The position numbers and the translations under genes are program-made. Below are positions 49,075 through 59,089 of a DNA stretch of 64,000 nt, one piece after another; position 1 is the first letter of the stretch; every line of letters begins with the position of its first letter. This stretch comes from Acidobacteriota bacterium (GTDB lineage Bacteria; Acidobacteriota; Vicinamibacteria; Marinacidobacterales; Marinacidobacteraceae): NCBI GenBank assembly GCA_022822745.1, contig JAJEAO010000077.1, positions 5,143 through 69,142 of the forward strand. Reading direction: 5' to 3'. Under the pieces are notes generated by a model that was not told where the DNA came from, did no database searches, and was given only the letters and a program-made list of their open reading frames with translations.

Positions 49075-50634
49075 TCAGCCGTCCCGATGTTCGCCGAAGA
49101 CGGCTCGGAGCCCGTCGCTGATCTCGCCGACGGTGGCTCGTCGCTCCACCGCTTCCAGGATCGGCGGCATCAGGTTGCCGCCGGCCGCTGCGACCCGGCG
49201 CACTTCGACGACGGCGGCCTCGGCCGCCACGCCGTCGCGGCTCGCCCGCGCGCGCCGCACCGCCTCCACCTGGGCAGCCTCCTCCGCCGGGTCGATGGCG
49301 AAGGGTTCGACCGGCGTTCCCGCCCCCTCCCGGGCGAACCGGTTGACGCCGACGACGACCTCGCGCCCGGCATCCCGATCCTGCTGGTAGGCGTAGGCGG
49401 CTTCCTGGATCCGGGCCTGGACGAAACCGGACTCCACCGCGGCGGCGGCCCCGCCCAGCCGGTCCACCTGGGTGATCCACGCTTCCGCCTCCGCCTCCAG
49501 CTCGTCGGTGAGCGCCTCGACGGCCCACGAGCCCCCGAGGGGATCCGTGGTCGCCGCCACGCCGCTCTCGAACGCGATGACCTGCTGCGTCCGGAGGGCG
49601 AGGCGGGCCGTGTCGGAGGTCGGGAGGCCCAGGGCCTCGTCGAGGGCGTTCGTGTGGAGCGACTGGGTTCCGCCGAGGACGGCGGCCAGCGCTTCGAGGG
49701 TGGTGCGCACGACGTTCACCTCGGGCTCGGCCGCGGTCAGCGTGGAGCCCGCGGTCTGGGCGTGGAATCGGAGCATCTGCGCCCGGGGGCTGGCGGAGCC
49801 GAAGCGCTCCCGAAGGAGCCGGGCCCACAGGCGCCGGGCAGCGCGAAACTTGGCGATCTCCTCGAGGAAGTCCCGGTGGGCGTTGAAGAAGAAGGACACC
49901 CGCGGCGCCACGTGGTCCACATCGAGTCCCCGCGCCACCGCCTCGCCGACGTAGGCGAGGCCGGCGGCGAGCGTGAACCCGACTTCCTGCGCCGCGGTGC
50001 AGCCCGCCTCGCGCATGTGGTAGCCGCTCACGCTCACCGGATTGAATCGCGGCAGTTCCCGGCGGCACCACTCGATCACGTCTCCGGCCAGCCGCATCGA
50101 GGGGCCCGGCGGGAAGATCCAGGTTCCGCGAGCCGCGTACTCCTTCAGGATGTCGTTCTGCACCGTCCCGGCGATCCGCTCCGGCGGCGTCCCCTGCCGA
50201 CGGGCGACGGCGGCGTAGAGCGCGACCAGGATCGCGGCGGTCGCGTTGATCGTCATCGAGGTGGACACCCGGTCCAGCGGGATGCCGGAGAACAGCGTCT
50301 CCATGTCGTCCAGGGAGTCGATCGCGACGCCCACGCGGCCCACTTCCCCGGCGGCGAACGGATGATCCGAGTCGTAGCCGATCTGGGTGGGGAGGTCGAA
50401 GGCGACCGAGAGGCCCGTCTGTCCCTGCTCCAGCAGCGCCCGGTAGCGCCGATTCGAGGCGGCCGCCCCGGCGTAGCCGGCATACTGCCGCATCGTCCAC
50501 AGCCGCTCGCGATACCCGCCGCGGCGTACGCCCCGGGTGAAGGGGAACTCTCCGGGGCGTCCGATGTCCCGTTCCGCGCGGGGCGGGTCGTCCGGCCGGT
50601 AGAGAGGACGCAGCGGACGTCGCGACCGGGTCAC
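49075..50634 (-). CDS. Methylmalonyl-CoA mutase family, catalytic (TIM barrel) subunit only
   Basis: GTG at 50634 overlaps the upstream stop (GTGA). [55 protein letters not shown]-like [12 protein letters not shown], and [24 protein letters not shown]. No B12-binding domain at the C-terminus. Confidence 0.85.
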   Translation of the reverse strand: MTRSRRPLRPLYRPDDPPRAERDIGRPGEFPFTRGVRRGGYRERLWTMRQYAGYAGAAASNRRYRALLEQGQTGLSVAFDLPTQIGYDSDHPFAAGEVGRVGVAIDSLDDMETLFSGIPLDRVSTSMTINATAAILVALYAAVARRQGTPPERIAGTVQNDILKEYAARGTWIFPPGPSMRLAGDVIEWCRRELPRFNPVSVSGYHMREAGCTAAQEVGFTLAAGLAYVGEAVARGLDVDHVAPRVSFFFNAHRDFLEEIAKFRAARRLWARLLRERFGSASPRAQMLRFHAQTAGSTLTAAEPEVNVVRTTLEALAAVLGGTQSLHTNALDEALGLPTSDTARLALRTQQVIAFESGVAATTDPLGGSWAVEALTDELEAEAEAWITQVDRLGGAAAAVESGFVQARIQEAAYAYQQDRDAGREVVVGVNRFAREGAGTPVEPFAIDPAEEAAQVEAVRRARASRDGVAAEAAVVEVRRVAAAGGNLMPPILEAVERRATVGEISDGLRAVFGEHRDG

Positions 50635-51080
50635 TCGCGATCGCTCTCCGGTGGGCGCCCGGGCGCGCAGATGAACCCGCAGACGATGATCTGATCCCCC
50701 CAGATCTCGGAGCGGCCCGGATCCAGCGGACAGAACTGGACCAGTTCCTCCTCGAAGAACAGCGGACAGGCTTCCGCGAGTTCCGGGCCGATCTCGCCGG
50801 GATTGCTGATCGTGAGTTCGAGCCGCCGCGCGGTGGGCTCCCATCCCTGGGCCTCGCCGAGCGCGACCAGGTCCAGGCGGAGCCGCTCGACCAGCGGTCG
50901 GGCGTCGTCAGCCGAGAGCTCCCGATCGTGGATCCGCTGCAGGATCGCGCGGGCGCGCTCGCGCAGTCCTTCGAGCGAAGCGCCGGGGTTCTGCGCGGCC
51001 ACGGCGGCCCCGCCGCAGAGGGCGAGGGCCATCGCGGTCCGCGCGAGCCCCCGTCGGATTCCGGGCGTCGGCCGGATCAC
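50631..51080 (-). CDS. Small secreted hypothetical protein
   Basis: GTG at 51080 overlaps the upstream stop (GTGA). Signal-like [17 protein letters not shown]. Cys-containing C-terminus. No family recognised. Confidence 0.45.
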   Translation of the reverse strand: MIRPTPGIRRGLARTAMALALCGGAAVAAQNPGASLEGLRERARAILQRIHDRELSADDARPLVERLRLDLVALGEAQGWEPTARRLELTISNPGEIGPELAEACPLFFEEELVQFCPLDPGRSEIWGDQIIVCGFICAPGRPPESDRE

Positions 51081-52024
51081 TGGAGCGGCTGGGTGGACGG
51101 GGGCTTCCACAGCGCCGCCTCGCCGCGGTGCTCCACGAGCCACTCCCGCAGCGGCACGTCGGCGGGCTGGGGCTGATACCAGCCGACCTCGGTCCGTCCA
51201 TCGCCGAGGAGCTGGCGGAGAACCGGGTCGCAGCGCGCGAGGAGCCGGGGTGGAGCGTGGGTGTAGTCGAGGGGCCGCAGCCACCGGAAGCTGTAGCCGA
51301 AGAACAGCGCCTTGCGCACCGTGTCGGAGAGGTTCCGTCCGTGGCGGTGCCACAGCCGCCGGTCGAAGATCGTGGCGTCGCCGGGGGCGGCGCAGAGCCG
51401 GGTCACCCCGTCCCAGCCCGGATCGTTCGCCTCGGCGGGGGGCGCGTCGAGGTGGTGGCTCCCGGGGACGGCCTCCATCGCCCCCGCATCGGGGATCCGG
51501 GTGTCCGTCAGCCAGTAGGCCACCTTCACCGACAGCCGCGGCGCCGGGCGCTCGAGTTCGAGCACCGGGCGGCCGCTGTCCTGGTGCCAGACCGGTCTCC
51601 GGCACTGCGCCCCGCCCCAGGTCTCGGGCGGGTACTCCACGAGATGGGAGATGTAGAGCTGGATGTTCCAGCCGAGGATGTCCCAGACCTTGGGGAAGGT
51701 GCGGGCCCAGTCCACGAGTTCCACGAATGCGGGATCGAACCGGATGACCGAGAAGCGGGACACCATGTCGGCGGGACGCAACCCGTGCCGGGCGCGCTCG
51801 TCCGCCACCAGCCGGTCGGCGGCCTCGGTGAGCCGCTCCACGTCCCGGGAATCCAGGGCGCCGGGAATCGTCAGAAAGCCGTCGCGCTCGAACGCGGCGC
51901 GCTCCTCCGCGGTCAGGACGGCGGCGAGGTGGTCGTCGCCGAGCCCGCCGAAGCGCCGTCCGCCGAGCCGGAAATGCAGCGTCGCCTCCGCCGGTTCCAC
52001 GGGGGGTTCGACGAGGCGGGCCAT
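51077..52024 (-). CDS. Phytanoyl-CoA dioxygenase (PhyH) family Fe(II)/2-oxoglutarate oxygenase
   Basis: FERDGFLTIPGAL, WHQDSG, AVPGSHH, GDATIFDRRLWHRHGRN. ATG at 52024. An upstream ATG at 52090 is possible. Confidence 0.75.
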   Translation of the reverse strand: MARLVEPPVEPAEATLHFRLGGRRFGGLGDDHLAAVLTAEERAAFERDGFLTIPGALDSRDVERLTEAADRLVADERARHGLRPADMVSRFSVIRFDPAFVELVDWARTFPKVWDILGWNIQLYISHLVEYPPETWGGAQCRRPVWHQDSGRPVLELERPAPRLSVKVAYWLTDTRIPDAGAMEAVPGSHHLDAPPAEANDPGWDGVTRLCAAPGDATIFDRRLWHRHGRNLSDTVRKALFFGYSFRWLRPLDYTHAPPRLLARCDPVLRQLLGDGRTEVGWYQPQPADVPLREWLVEHRGEAALWKPPSTQPLQ

Positions 52025-52118
52025 GGGCGCGATGGGGGGATGGGGTGGGTCGGGTCCGGCGGGCGGTCGGGTCGCGGCTGCGACCGGCATCGTCCGCAGG
52101 CGGTTAGTATTGTGGATC

Positions 52119-52757
52119 GTGAGTCGCCGCCGGCGCCTGCAGCTCCTTGCCGGATGGGCCGTGTTCCTCCTGCTCGGCGCCAGCATCTACCTCGGGCCCT
52201 ATTTCGCCGCGTGGCGCATCCGCGAAGCGGTCGCCGAGGGGGACACGCAGACGCTCAGCGAGTTCGTGGACTTCGCCGCCGTCCGCGAGAACCTGAAGGC
52301 GGAGCTGCGCCGGACCGTGGGAGCCTCGCAGCGCGCGCGCGAGCGGGAGGCCGGAGCCGAGGAGGAAACGGCGCCGGCTCCGGCGGAACCGGAGGATGTG
52401 CGCGCCACTCTCTCGAGTCAGCTCGCTGTCGCGATGGGGGAGGCGCTAATCGACCGTTACGCCACGCCCGAGGGCGTGGATCAGGCGCTCGGCGACCGGC
52501 CGGCCGACGAAGGCTGGGGATCCTTCCTCGATCTGGCCGGGCCGCGGGAGGATGGGGCGCGGGTCTCGGTCCGCGCCGAGTACGACGGGTGGAGCGACTT
52601 CAGCGTCCGGCTCGCGACCCGGCCGCGCGACGATGCGGAGACGGCCGCGGAGGAATCGGTCTGGGCCGACATCCTGTTCGAACGACAGGGCATCTGGGCG
52701 TGGCGCGTCACCGGCGCCCGGGTGAGTCCGGCGACGATTCCCCATCTCGTCCGATAG
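52119..52757 (+). CDS. DUF2939-like membrane-anchored protein
   Basis: GTG at 52119. An N-terminal TM helix, then YLGPYFAAWRIREAVAEGDTQTLSEFVDFAAVRENLKAEL. Confidence 0.5.
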   Translation: MSRRRRLQLLAGWAVFLLLGASIYLGPYFAAWRIREAVAEGDTQTLSEFVDFAAVRENLKAELRRTVGASQRAREREAGAEEETAPAPAEPEDVRATLSSQLAVAMGEALIDRYATPEGVDQALGDRPADEGWGSFLDLAGPREDGARVSVRAEYDGWSDFSVRLATRPRDDAETAAEESVWADILFERQGIWAWRVTGARVSPATIPHLVR

Positions 52758-52794
52758 GACGCTCCCGGAGCGGCAGCCGACGGGCGCCTGGAGA

Positions 52795-53688
52795 TCACGC
52801 CTTGCGGGTTGCCCTCCTCTCGGCGCGGCGCAGCGAGGGCACTCCGGTCGCGCCGGGCGCTTCCACGGTGAGGGCCGCCGCCGCGGCCGCCAGTCGTCCC
52901 GCTTCGGGGAGCGGTCGTCCGCGCCAGCGCGCGATGGCCAGCGCCGCGGCGAAGACATCGCCGGCGCCCGTCGGGTCGAGCTCCCGGGCCGGGGCCGGCG
53001 GAATGGGCTCCGCCGAACGGTCCGGCCCGAAGAGCCAGGCCCCCCGGCGACCGCGAGTGACCGCGACCCAGGGGGTTCGCAACGCCTCGATGTCGCCGGG
53101 CGAGGCCGCATCCTGTTCCGACAGGCACGCCAGGTCCACGGAGGCCAGGCGCGTCGCGAGTCCGGGCGGGAGCGGGCGCCGGTGGACTCGCCCCGCCCCG
53201 TCGATCCGGCGCAGGAAGCCCTGGAGGGCTGCTCCGGCGAAGCCGGGTCGTCCCGCTTCGCGGTCCTCGGCGGGGCGGGGAAGCGGGGCGCCGCCCGGGG
53301 CGATTTCATCCACCACGGGGGCCCACAGGACCGCCGAGCCGGGAGGCAGTCCGGCGACCTCGCGGTGAATCTCGCGGTCCGGAATCGGCTCGGCCCGGCT
53401 GCGGACCCGCTGCGCCCGCGAACCGTCGGCGCCGTAGGTGTTGACGAACCGGGTCCGGTCGCGCGAGGGAATGCGCCGGATCTCGATTCCGGCGAGCGAC
53501 TCGAACCACGGAAAGCCGCGATCCACCGAGGTCAGCAGGGTCGTGGGGACGCCGAACCGATGGGCGAGCAGGCTGGCGTAGGCGGCGGCGCCGCCGAGCC
53601 GCCCCTTTCCGGACCGGGGATCCACGTCTTCCGTGACATGGCCGACGACCAGAAGTCGCGGCGGCGGATCGGCTGAGTCGGGTGGCAT
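52795..53688 (-). CDS. PfkB-family carbohydrate/nucleoside kinase
   Basis: LLVVGHVTEDV, and the C-terminal DPTGAGDVFAAALA anion-hole motif. Confidence 0.75.
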   Translation of the reverse strand: MPPDSADPPPRLLVVGHVTEDVDPRSGKGRLGGAAAYASLLAHRFGVPTTLLTSVDRGFPWFESLAGIEIRRIPSRDRTRFVNTYGADGSRAQRVRSRAEPIPDREIHREVAGLPPGSAVLWAPVVDEIAPGGAPLPRPAEDREAGRPGFAGAALQGFLRRIDGAGRVHRRPLPPGLATRLASVDLACLSEQDAASPGDIEALRTPWVAVTRGRRGAWLFGPDRSAEPIPPAPARELDPTGAGDVFAAALAIARWRGRPLPEAGRLAAAAAALTVEAPGATGVPSLRRAERRATRKA

Positions 53689-54350
53689 CGTTGCTCGTCT
53701 GGACGTCCCTCGTGGCGCCCTTCCGCCGCCGGGCGCTGATTTCCGCCGGCGGAGCGGTGCTGGGGGCGCTCTTCTATCTTCATCTGGCCCGCTTCTACGG
53801 GTGGTCGCTGCCCTGGATGCTCGGGGGTCTGGTCGTGGCTGCGCTCCTGCTGCGCTCCCTCGGCAGCGGCCTGTGGGCGTGGTCGCGCCAGCCGTTCGCG
53901 GAGTGCGATCTGGGGCTGGTCGAGGCGGCCGCGCCGGGCGGCCGGGTCCGCGCCGTGGTCCGGGTGCGGGCGCGCCGCCCGATCGAGATCCGGCGCGCCA
54001 CCGCGCGGCTCGTCCTCGAAAGCCGCGCGACCGGGGGGGAGACACGACGGCTGTGCCGCGTCGAGCGCGCGCTGTCCCTTGGAGATCGCCTCGATCGGGA
54101 CGATCGGGCCGAGTCCGAAGTTGCGCTTCCGGTTCCGGCGGACGCGCCGTTTTCGTTCCGCTCCTTCGGTCGCGAGGCCCGAATCCGCTGTCTCGTTCGC
54201 GTCCGGATCGACACCGCCGCTCCCGAGGAGGGAGAGACCGTCCGGCGAGCGGCGGGAAGCGGATTCCCGCCGGTGGATCAGGAGATCGAAGTGCTGATCG
54301 CGCCGGGTCCGGAGGGTCAGGATTCCAGCCGGACCACGATGGCCTCGTAG
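53682..54350 (+). CDS. Hypothetical membrane protein
   Basis: Two N-terminal TM helices, then a beta-rich region. Start uncertain: the GTG at 53682 overlaps the divergent kinase start by 7 bp. Confidence 0.4.
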   Translation: MASLLVWTSLVAPFRRRALISAGGAVLGALFYLHLARFYGWSLPWMLGGLVVAALLLRSLGSGLWAWSRQPFAECDLGLVEAAAPGGRVRAVVRVRARRPIEIRRATARLVLESRATGGETRRLCRVERALSLGDRLDRDDRAESEVALPVPADAPFSFRSFGREARIRCLVRVRIDTAAPEEGETVRRAAGSGFPPVDQEIEVLIAPGPEGQDSSRTTMAS

Positions 54351-54949
54351 CCGCCGCCCCGGATGCCGGAGGCGAGCGCCCGGGCCTCGGAGCGTCGGGA
54401 GAACCGCCCGATGCGGACCCGGTGGACTCCGTCGCCCGCGACGACTTCGGAACGGCCGTAGCCGCGCTCCCGAAGCTGCTGGCTGATGTCGGTCGCGGTC
54501 TGCCGGGACCGGAACGCCCCTACCTGCACCGTGTACACCGTGGGCGGCGCCGGCGACACCACCCGGACCTGCACCGGGGCCACGCCCCGTTCGAGCATGC
54601 CGAGCCGGCGAGCCGCCTCGTGCGAAAGGTCGATGATCCGGTGGTCCACGAAGGGCCCCCGGTCGTTGATCCGGACCTCGATCGCCTTGCCGGTGGTGAG
54701 ATCGGTGACGCGGACCTTCGTGCCGAAGGGCAGGGACGGATGTGCGGCCGTCATCTGTCCCGGATCCATCGGTTCCCCGCTCGCCGTGGGTCGACCGCGT
54801 TCCGCGATGCCGTACCAGGACGCGGTCCCGACCTCGTCGACCTCGCTGACCGCGGGCGCCCGCACGACGGAGCAGCCGCCGAGCAGCGTGACGACGCCGG
54901 CCGCGAGAAGCGAGCCGCGCCACGGCGCGAACCGGAAACGGCGGGGCAT
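54317..54949 (-). CDS. rlpA: Septal ring lytic transglycosylase RlpA-family lipoprotein with a SPOR domain
   Basis: Lipobox LLGGC. ASWYG...[49 protein letters not shown] (DPBB fold). C-terminal [14 protein letters not shown] (SPOR). Confidence 0.85.
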   Translation of the reverse strand: MPRRFRFAPWRGSLLAAGVVTLLGGCSVVRAPAVSEVDEVGTASWYGIAERGRPTASGEPMDPGQMTAAHPSLPFGTKVRVTDLTTGKAIEVRINDRGPFVDHRIIDLSHEAARRLGMLERGVAPVQVRVVSPAPPTVYTVQVGAFRSRQTATDISQQLRERGYGRSEVVAGDGVHRVRIGRFSRRSEARALASGIRGGGYEAIVVRLES

Positions 54950-55527
54950 CAACGGCTCCGGTAGCGCGCCGCCTTCCAGGGCGCGCCGCCGCGGGGAATC
55001 GAAAGGGAACGCCACCGCGGGGCGGCGCGTCGCGCCAGAAGCACGATCTGGCCGGTGTGATAGGCGAGGTGGACGACCTGCCGGGTGATCGCCTCCTGGA
55101 TGCGGAACGCCTCGCCGCGGATCCGGACCGTGCGTCCCAGGTGTTCCTCGCCGAGACCCGCCAGGGCGCCTTCCATCACGGCGAAGGCCTGATCCCACTC
55201 CGCCAGCAGCCGGGCCCGGTCCAGGTCCGCGCGCGGCTCGAATTCACTCTCCCGATCCCGATCCGGCTTTTCTCCGTCGGTGGTCAGGAAGTTCTTCCAC
55301 CTCGACCGGAGGTTGCCCGCGAGGTGTCGCACGAGGATGGCGATCGAGTTGCCGTCAGGCGTCGGCCGCTCGTGGAGGGCCTCGTCGGTGGGCACCTGCG
55401 AGATCGCGTTCTCGGCGAGCCGGCGCAGCCGCCGGAATTCGAAGCGGGCGTTGTCGAGGAAGACGCGGGCTGGCGGCTCGTCGCCCCGTCCGGCGCCAGG
55501 AGCGTCTGGTGGCGAGTCTTGGCGCAT
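54949..55527 (-). CDS. DinB-superfamily protein (DUF1572-like)
   Basis: [51 protein letters not shown]. Confidence 0.7.
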   Translation of the reverse strand: MRQDSPPDAPGAGRGDEPPARVFLDNARFEFRRLRRLAENAISQVPTDEALHERPTPDGNSIAILVRHLAGNLRSRWKNFLTTDGEKPDRDRESEFEPRADLDRARLLAEWDQAFAVMEGALAGLGEEHLGRTVRIRGEAFRIQEAITRQVVHLAYHTGQIVLLARRAAPRWRSLSIPRGGAPWKAARYRSR

Positions 55528-55913
55528 GGGGAACAAACGGGGAGGGGAGAGTAGAGGAAGCCGCGAAGCGCTGTATGGGGCCGCGATCTTCGCACACGCC
55601 ACGGACTCCCGACCGTTCCGCCTGACAACCAGGGAGTGGTCGGCGACGGGAGGCCGAACGAAGACACCGCGCCTGTCGGCCGATGGCGAGAAGCCGATCC
55701 GACCTGACACAGCTCAAGCGACATGTGAACTATACCGGTGTTTTTCTCGGGGAGCCAGGAACTTGCGGAAGCAGACGCGCGCCTCCGGCTGGAGCCTCGG
55801 GGAAACGGAGCGCTTCGAGACCGGGCCGCGCGAGCGGTCTTCCGGAGCGCGCTCGATCCAGACGCGCCCGGCGCCCTTCCCGAACGCGCCGGTCGCGGGT
55901 ACGATTGGTCCCC

Positions 55914-57131
55914 ATGTCGAAGCCCGGTCCGATGTCGAGGCGGCGGTTTCTGTCGTCGGCGCCTGCCGCCGGCGCGGGGCTGGCTGCGGTGGGGAGTCTG
56001 GTCGAGGCGGGAGGCCGGGAGCGGCGACAGCCCGCCGCTGCGCTCGAGGGAAAGACCGGCCTTCGCATCCTCAGCGAGCGGCCGGTGAATGCGGAGACCG
56101 TGGTCACGGACCTCGATCCTCGGCGCACGTCGAACGACAAGCACTTCGTGCGCAACAACGGCGAGGTGCCGGAGCGGGCGCTCTCGGGCGACCTCGGCGG
56201 CTGGGTGCTCGAAGTCGTGGGCGAAGTGGAGTCCGAACTCCGACTGGGTCTGGACGACATCCGCGCCGGCTTCGAGAACGTCACGGCTTCGCTCGTCCTC
56301 GAATGCGCCGGAAACGGGCGCGCCGCGTTTCGTCCCATGGTGGCGGGGAATGCGTGGTGGCTCGGCGCCGTCGGGTGCGCCCGCTACACCGGCGTGCGGC
56401 TGCGGGACGTTCTCGCGTCCGCCGGAATCCGGGACACGGCGGTTTATGTGGCCTGGTACGGGGAGGATCCCCACTTGAGCGGGGACGCCGCCGAGGTCCC
56501 CATTTCCCGCGGAGTGCCCCTGTCGAAGGCGATGGACGAGTCCACCCTGCTGGCGTGGGAGATGAACGGCGAGCCGCTTCCCCCGCACCACGGTTTTCCG
56601 TTGCGGATCGTCGCCCCGGGCTACCCGGCGTCCGCGAGCGGGAAGTGGCTCACTCGGCTGTGGGTTCGGGACCGGGTTCACGACGGACCGAAGATGACCG
56701 GCTTCTCCTACCGTGTGCCGCGCTACCCGGTGGCGCCGGGCGCGGATGTGCCCGAGGAGGACATGCAGATCATCGGGGAGATGCCGGTGAAGTCGCTGAT
56801 CACCCGGCCCGCCACCGGCATCCAGCACCCGGCGGTCACACCCTTGCCGGTGCGCGGCTGGGCGTGGGCCGGAGGCGGCCCGGTCCACGCCGTCCATGTC
56901 AGCTCGGATTTCGGAGCCACCTGGATCGAGTGCCGACTGCAGGAGCCGGAGAACCGGTTCGCCTGGCAGCGGTTCGAGGCCACGGTCGGCTTCGATATCG
57001 CCGGACACTACGAGATCTGGGCTCGGGCCACGGACCACCGGGGCCGCACACAGCCCATGGTCGTGCCGGGATGGAATCCGCGCGGTTACCTCAACAACGC
57101 GATGCATCGCATCGCGGTCACGGCGGTGTGA
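55914..57131 (+). CDS. sorA: Sulfite dehydrogenase/oxidase-family molybdopterin subunit (Tat-exported)
   Basis: Tat motif SRRRFLSS. HFVRNNG, LECAGNGR, the moco-binding region, then the C-terminal dimerisation domain (VSSDFGATW). Confidence 0.8.
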   Translation: MSKPGPMSRRRFLSSAPAAGAGLAAVGSLVEAGGRERRQPAAALEGKTGLRILSERPVNAETVVTDLDPRRTSNDKHFVRNNGEVPERALSGDLGGWVLEVVGEVESELRLGLDDIRAGFENVTASLVLECAGNGRAAFRPMVAGNAWWLGAVGCARYTGVRLRDVLASAGIRDTAVYVAWYGEDPHLSGDAAEVPISRGVPLSKAMDESTLLAWEMNGEPLPPHHGFPLRIVAPGYPASASGKWLTRLWVRDRVHDGPKMTGFSYRVPRYPVAPGADVPEEDMQIIGEMPVKSLITRPATGIQHPAVTPLPVRGWAWAGGGPVHAVHVSSDFGATWIECRLQEPENRFAWQRFEATVGFDIAGHYEIWARATDHRGRTQPMVVPGWNPRGYLNNAMHRIAVTAV

Positions 57132-57136
57132 ACGAG

Positions 57137-57550
57137 ATGAAGAGACCTGTTTTCCTGGCGCTCCTGCTGGTTGCGGCCGTCCCGCTTGCGGGCGTCGCGC
57201 AGCCGGCCGCGGACAACCTGAAAGACGGCGAGCATGTCGAGATCGTGCGCTCCAACTGCCTCGCCTGCCACGACGACAGCTACATCACCTCGGCCCGGTT
57301 CGAGCGCAGCGAATGGGACGAGCTCCTCGACGTGATGGTGGGCATGGGAATGGAGCCGCTCGACGACGACACGCGCGGCAAGGTCCTGGACTACCTGGAG
57401 ACGGCCCAGGGGCCCGACAGCGGCGAGGCGGAGAGCGGCGGGAGCTCTGCCCTCGCGCCGGATTGGCCGTGGGGGCAGCCTCTCTATCCGCCGAACCCGG
57501 TGGACTGGTCGCGGCCTGCCGGGGCGGCGGCATCCGGACCGGGGCGTTAG
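57137..57550 (+). CDS. sorB: Monoheme cytochrome c partner of the sulfite dehydrogenase
   Basis: Signal peptide MKRPVFLALLLVAAVPLAGVAQP and a single CLACH. It lies 6 nt after the sorA-like stop. Confidence 0.65.
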   Translation: MKRPVFLALLLVAAVPLAGVAQPAADNLKDGEHVEIVRSNCLACHDDSYITSARFERSEWDELLDVMVGMGMEPLDDDTRGKVLDYLETAQGPDSGEAESGGSSALAPDWPWGQPLYPPNPVDWSRPAGAAASGPGR

Positions 57551-57825
57551 CCCGGGTTTTCCGGTCCCGAGTGGACCGGGTCCGAGCCGGCGCCGTCGGT
57601 CGCCGCGGACTCGGGAAGGCGTCGGAAGGGCTGGATGGAGCGCAGACCTCCACCCCGCCGGCGGTGTTCCGCGGCGTAGCCGCCACCGGGAAATCCGGGG
57701 TTCGTCAGGGTACGCTCGCCCTGCCGAGTCCCCTCGCGGCGGAGGTTCCGCGCCCTTCGGCATGGCCGGGTCGGGATGCCTCCGGCAGGGTCGCGGGCGG
57801 CTCTCCGTAGAATCAGGCGGCGCGT

Positions 57826-58650
57826 ATGGGCATCTGGGGAACGATCATCGGCGGCGCCCTCGGGTGGAGCCTCGGCGGCCCGCTCGGGGCGATGCTGGGC
57901 GCCGCCATCGGGTCGAACCTGGGAGCGAGGCCCCGAACCGATGCCTGGCGCCCGTCCGGTTCGGGGCGCGTTTCGCCGCCGCCCCCGCCTCCGCCGCGCC
58001 GCGATCCCCTCGAGGAGCGGCGGCTCGCGTTCTTCGTGGCCACGTTCGGCGTCATGGGCCACATCGCCAAGGCCGATGGCCGGGTCAGCGAGGAGGAAGT
58101 CCGTCTCGCCCGCGAAGTCATCGCGGGCCTCGCGATGGGGGAGCACGAGCGCAACCTCGCGATCCGGCTGTTCAACGAGGGGAAGTCATCGCGTTTCGAC
58201 CTCCAGGGGGCGCTCACCCAGCTCGCCCAGGTGGTCGGGCGGCGCCGGAACCTGCTGCGGAGTTTCGTGGAACTCCAGTGGAAGGCAGCCTGGGCCGACG
58301 GCGAGGTTCACCCGGCGGAGCGGAGAATCCTCGATTCCATCGGGCACTTCCTCGGCTTTTCGGCGGCCGAGATGGCCCAGATGGAACGGGTCGCCGCGGC
58401 CACGTTCGAGCCCCGTCGTCGCTCTCCCGACGAGACGCTCGCGGAGGCCTACGCGGTTCTCGGCGTGCCCCGCGAGGCTTCCGACGACGAGCTCCGCACC
58501 GCCTATCGCCGGCTGATGCGGCAGCACCATCCCGACCGGCTCGCGGCCCTGGGTCTCCCCGAGGAGATGAAGGACGAGGCGACCCGGCGGACGCAGGACA
58601 TCCAGAAGGCCTACCAGGTCATCCGCGCCGCGCGGCGCCGCGCCGCCTGA
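57826..58650 (+). CDS. djlA: Co-chaperone DjlA (TM + TerB-like domain + C-terminal J domain)
   Basis: Gly-rich N-terminal TM segment, AKADGRVSEEEV, WADGEVHPAERRIL, and the J domain AYAVLGVPREASDDELRTAYRRLMRQHHPD. Confidence 0.85.
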   Translation: MGIWGTIIGGALGWSLGGPLGAMLGAAIGSNLGARPRTDAWRPSGSGRVSPPPPPPPRRDPLEERRLAFFVATFGVMGHIAKADGRVSEEEVRLAREVIAGLAMGEHERNLAIRLFNEGKSSRFDLQGALTQLAQVVGRRRNLLRSFVELQWKAAWADGEVHPAERRILDSIGHFLGFSAAEMAQMERVAAATFEPRRRSPDETLAEAYAVLGVPREASDDELRTAYRRLMRQHHPDRLAALGLPEEMKDEATRRTQDIQKAYQVIRAARRRAA

Positions 58651-59089
58651 CCCGGTTCGGCTGGCTTCGCCCGGCGTAGGTTCTGCCCCCGAACCGATAG
58701 CCGCCGCGTCGCTTCGGGATGCGGCTGGCGAGCTGCTGGCGCGAGATCCCGGGGATCCGCACCAGTTTCCACGGCGTGCGGCTGCCGGTCAGGATCTCGA
58801 TCCTGCGAGGAGCGGTCCCGGTGATGCGTCCGAGGAGCGTTCGCAGGCGCAGGTTGTCGTAACCGCGCTCTCGCTGCGGGCGGACCCACGCTCTCAGCGT
58901 GCCGTCCCCGCGGAGCGACACCCGCTCCTCGCTCGCGCCCGCCCGGACGCGGACCCGCACGACCACGCCGCGGAGGTCTGCGAACCGCGGAAAGGCGTCG
59001 CGCCGGTCGCGCGAACGGGGGCGAGTGGTGGCCCGGAGCGGCTTGCGCCGAAAGGACGGAGCGGGAGAGGGAATCGATCGCGAGGCCAT
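58619..59089 (-). CDS. DUF167 (YggU-like) protein with extended termini
   Basis: VVVRVRVRAGASEERVSLRGDGTLRAWVRPQRERGYDNLRLRTLLGRITGTAPRRIEILTGSRTPWKLVRIPG follows the YggU pattern. Both ends are uncertain. The 3' end overlaps djlA convergently by 32 bp. Confidence 0.5.
   Translation of the reverse strand: MASRSIPSPAPSFRRKPLRATTRPRSRDRRDAFPRFADLRGVVVRVRVRAGASEERVSLRGDGTLRAWVRPQRERGYDNLRLRTLLGRITGTAPRRIEILTGSRTPWKLVRIPGISRQQLASRIPKRRGGYRFGGRTYAGRSQPNRVRRRGAARRG

Noticed and set aside
47774-53368. ORFs 47774..50500(-), 48493..50694(+) and 51128..53368(+)
   Set aside because: They are shadows of rnhB, UDG, the mutase, PhyH, DUF2939 and the kinase genes. Their composition is low complexity.
55280-57107. 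The upstream 619 codons of ORF 55280..57550(+), and ORF 55284..57107(-)
   Set aside because: Only the last 137 codons (from ATG 57137) encode a signal peptide + CLACH cytochrome. The rest overlaps the sorA-like gene out of frame.
57561-57579. Hairpin CCGGTCC-cgagt-GGACCGG after the sorB-like stop, as a possible terminator
   Set aside because: The stem is short and the T-run precedes rather than follows it. This is too weak to list as a feature.
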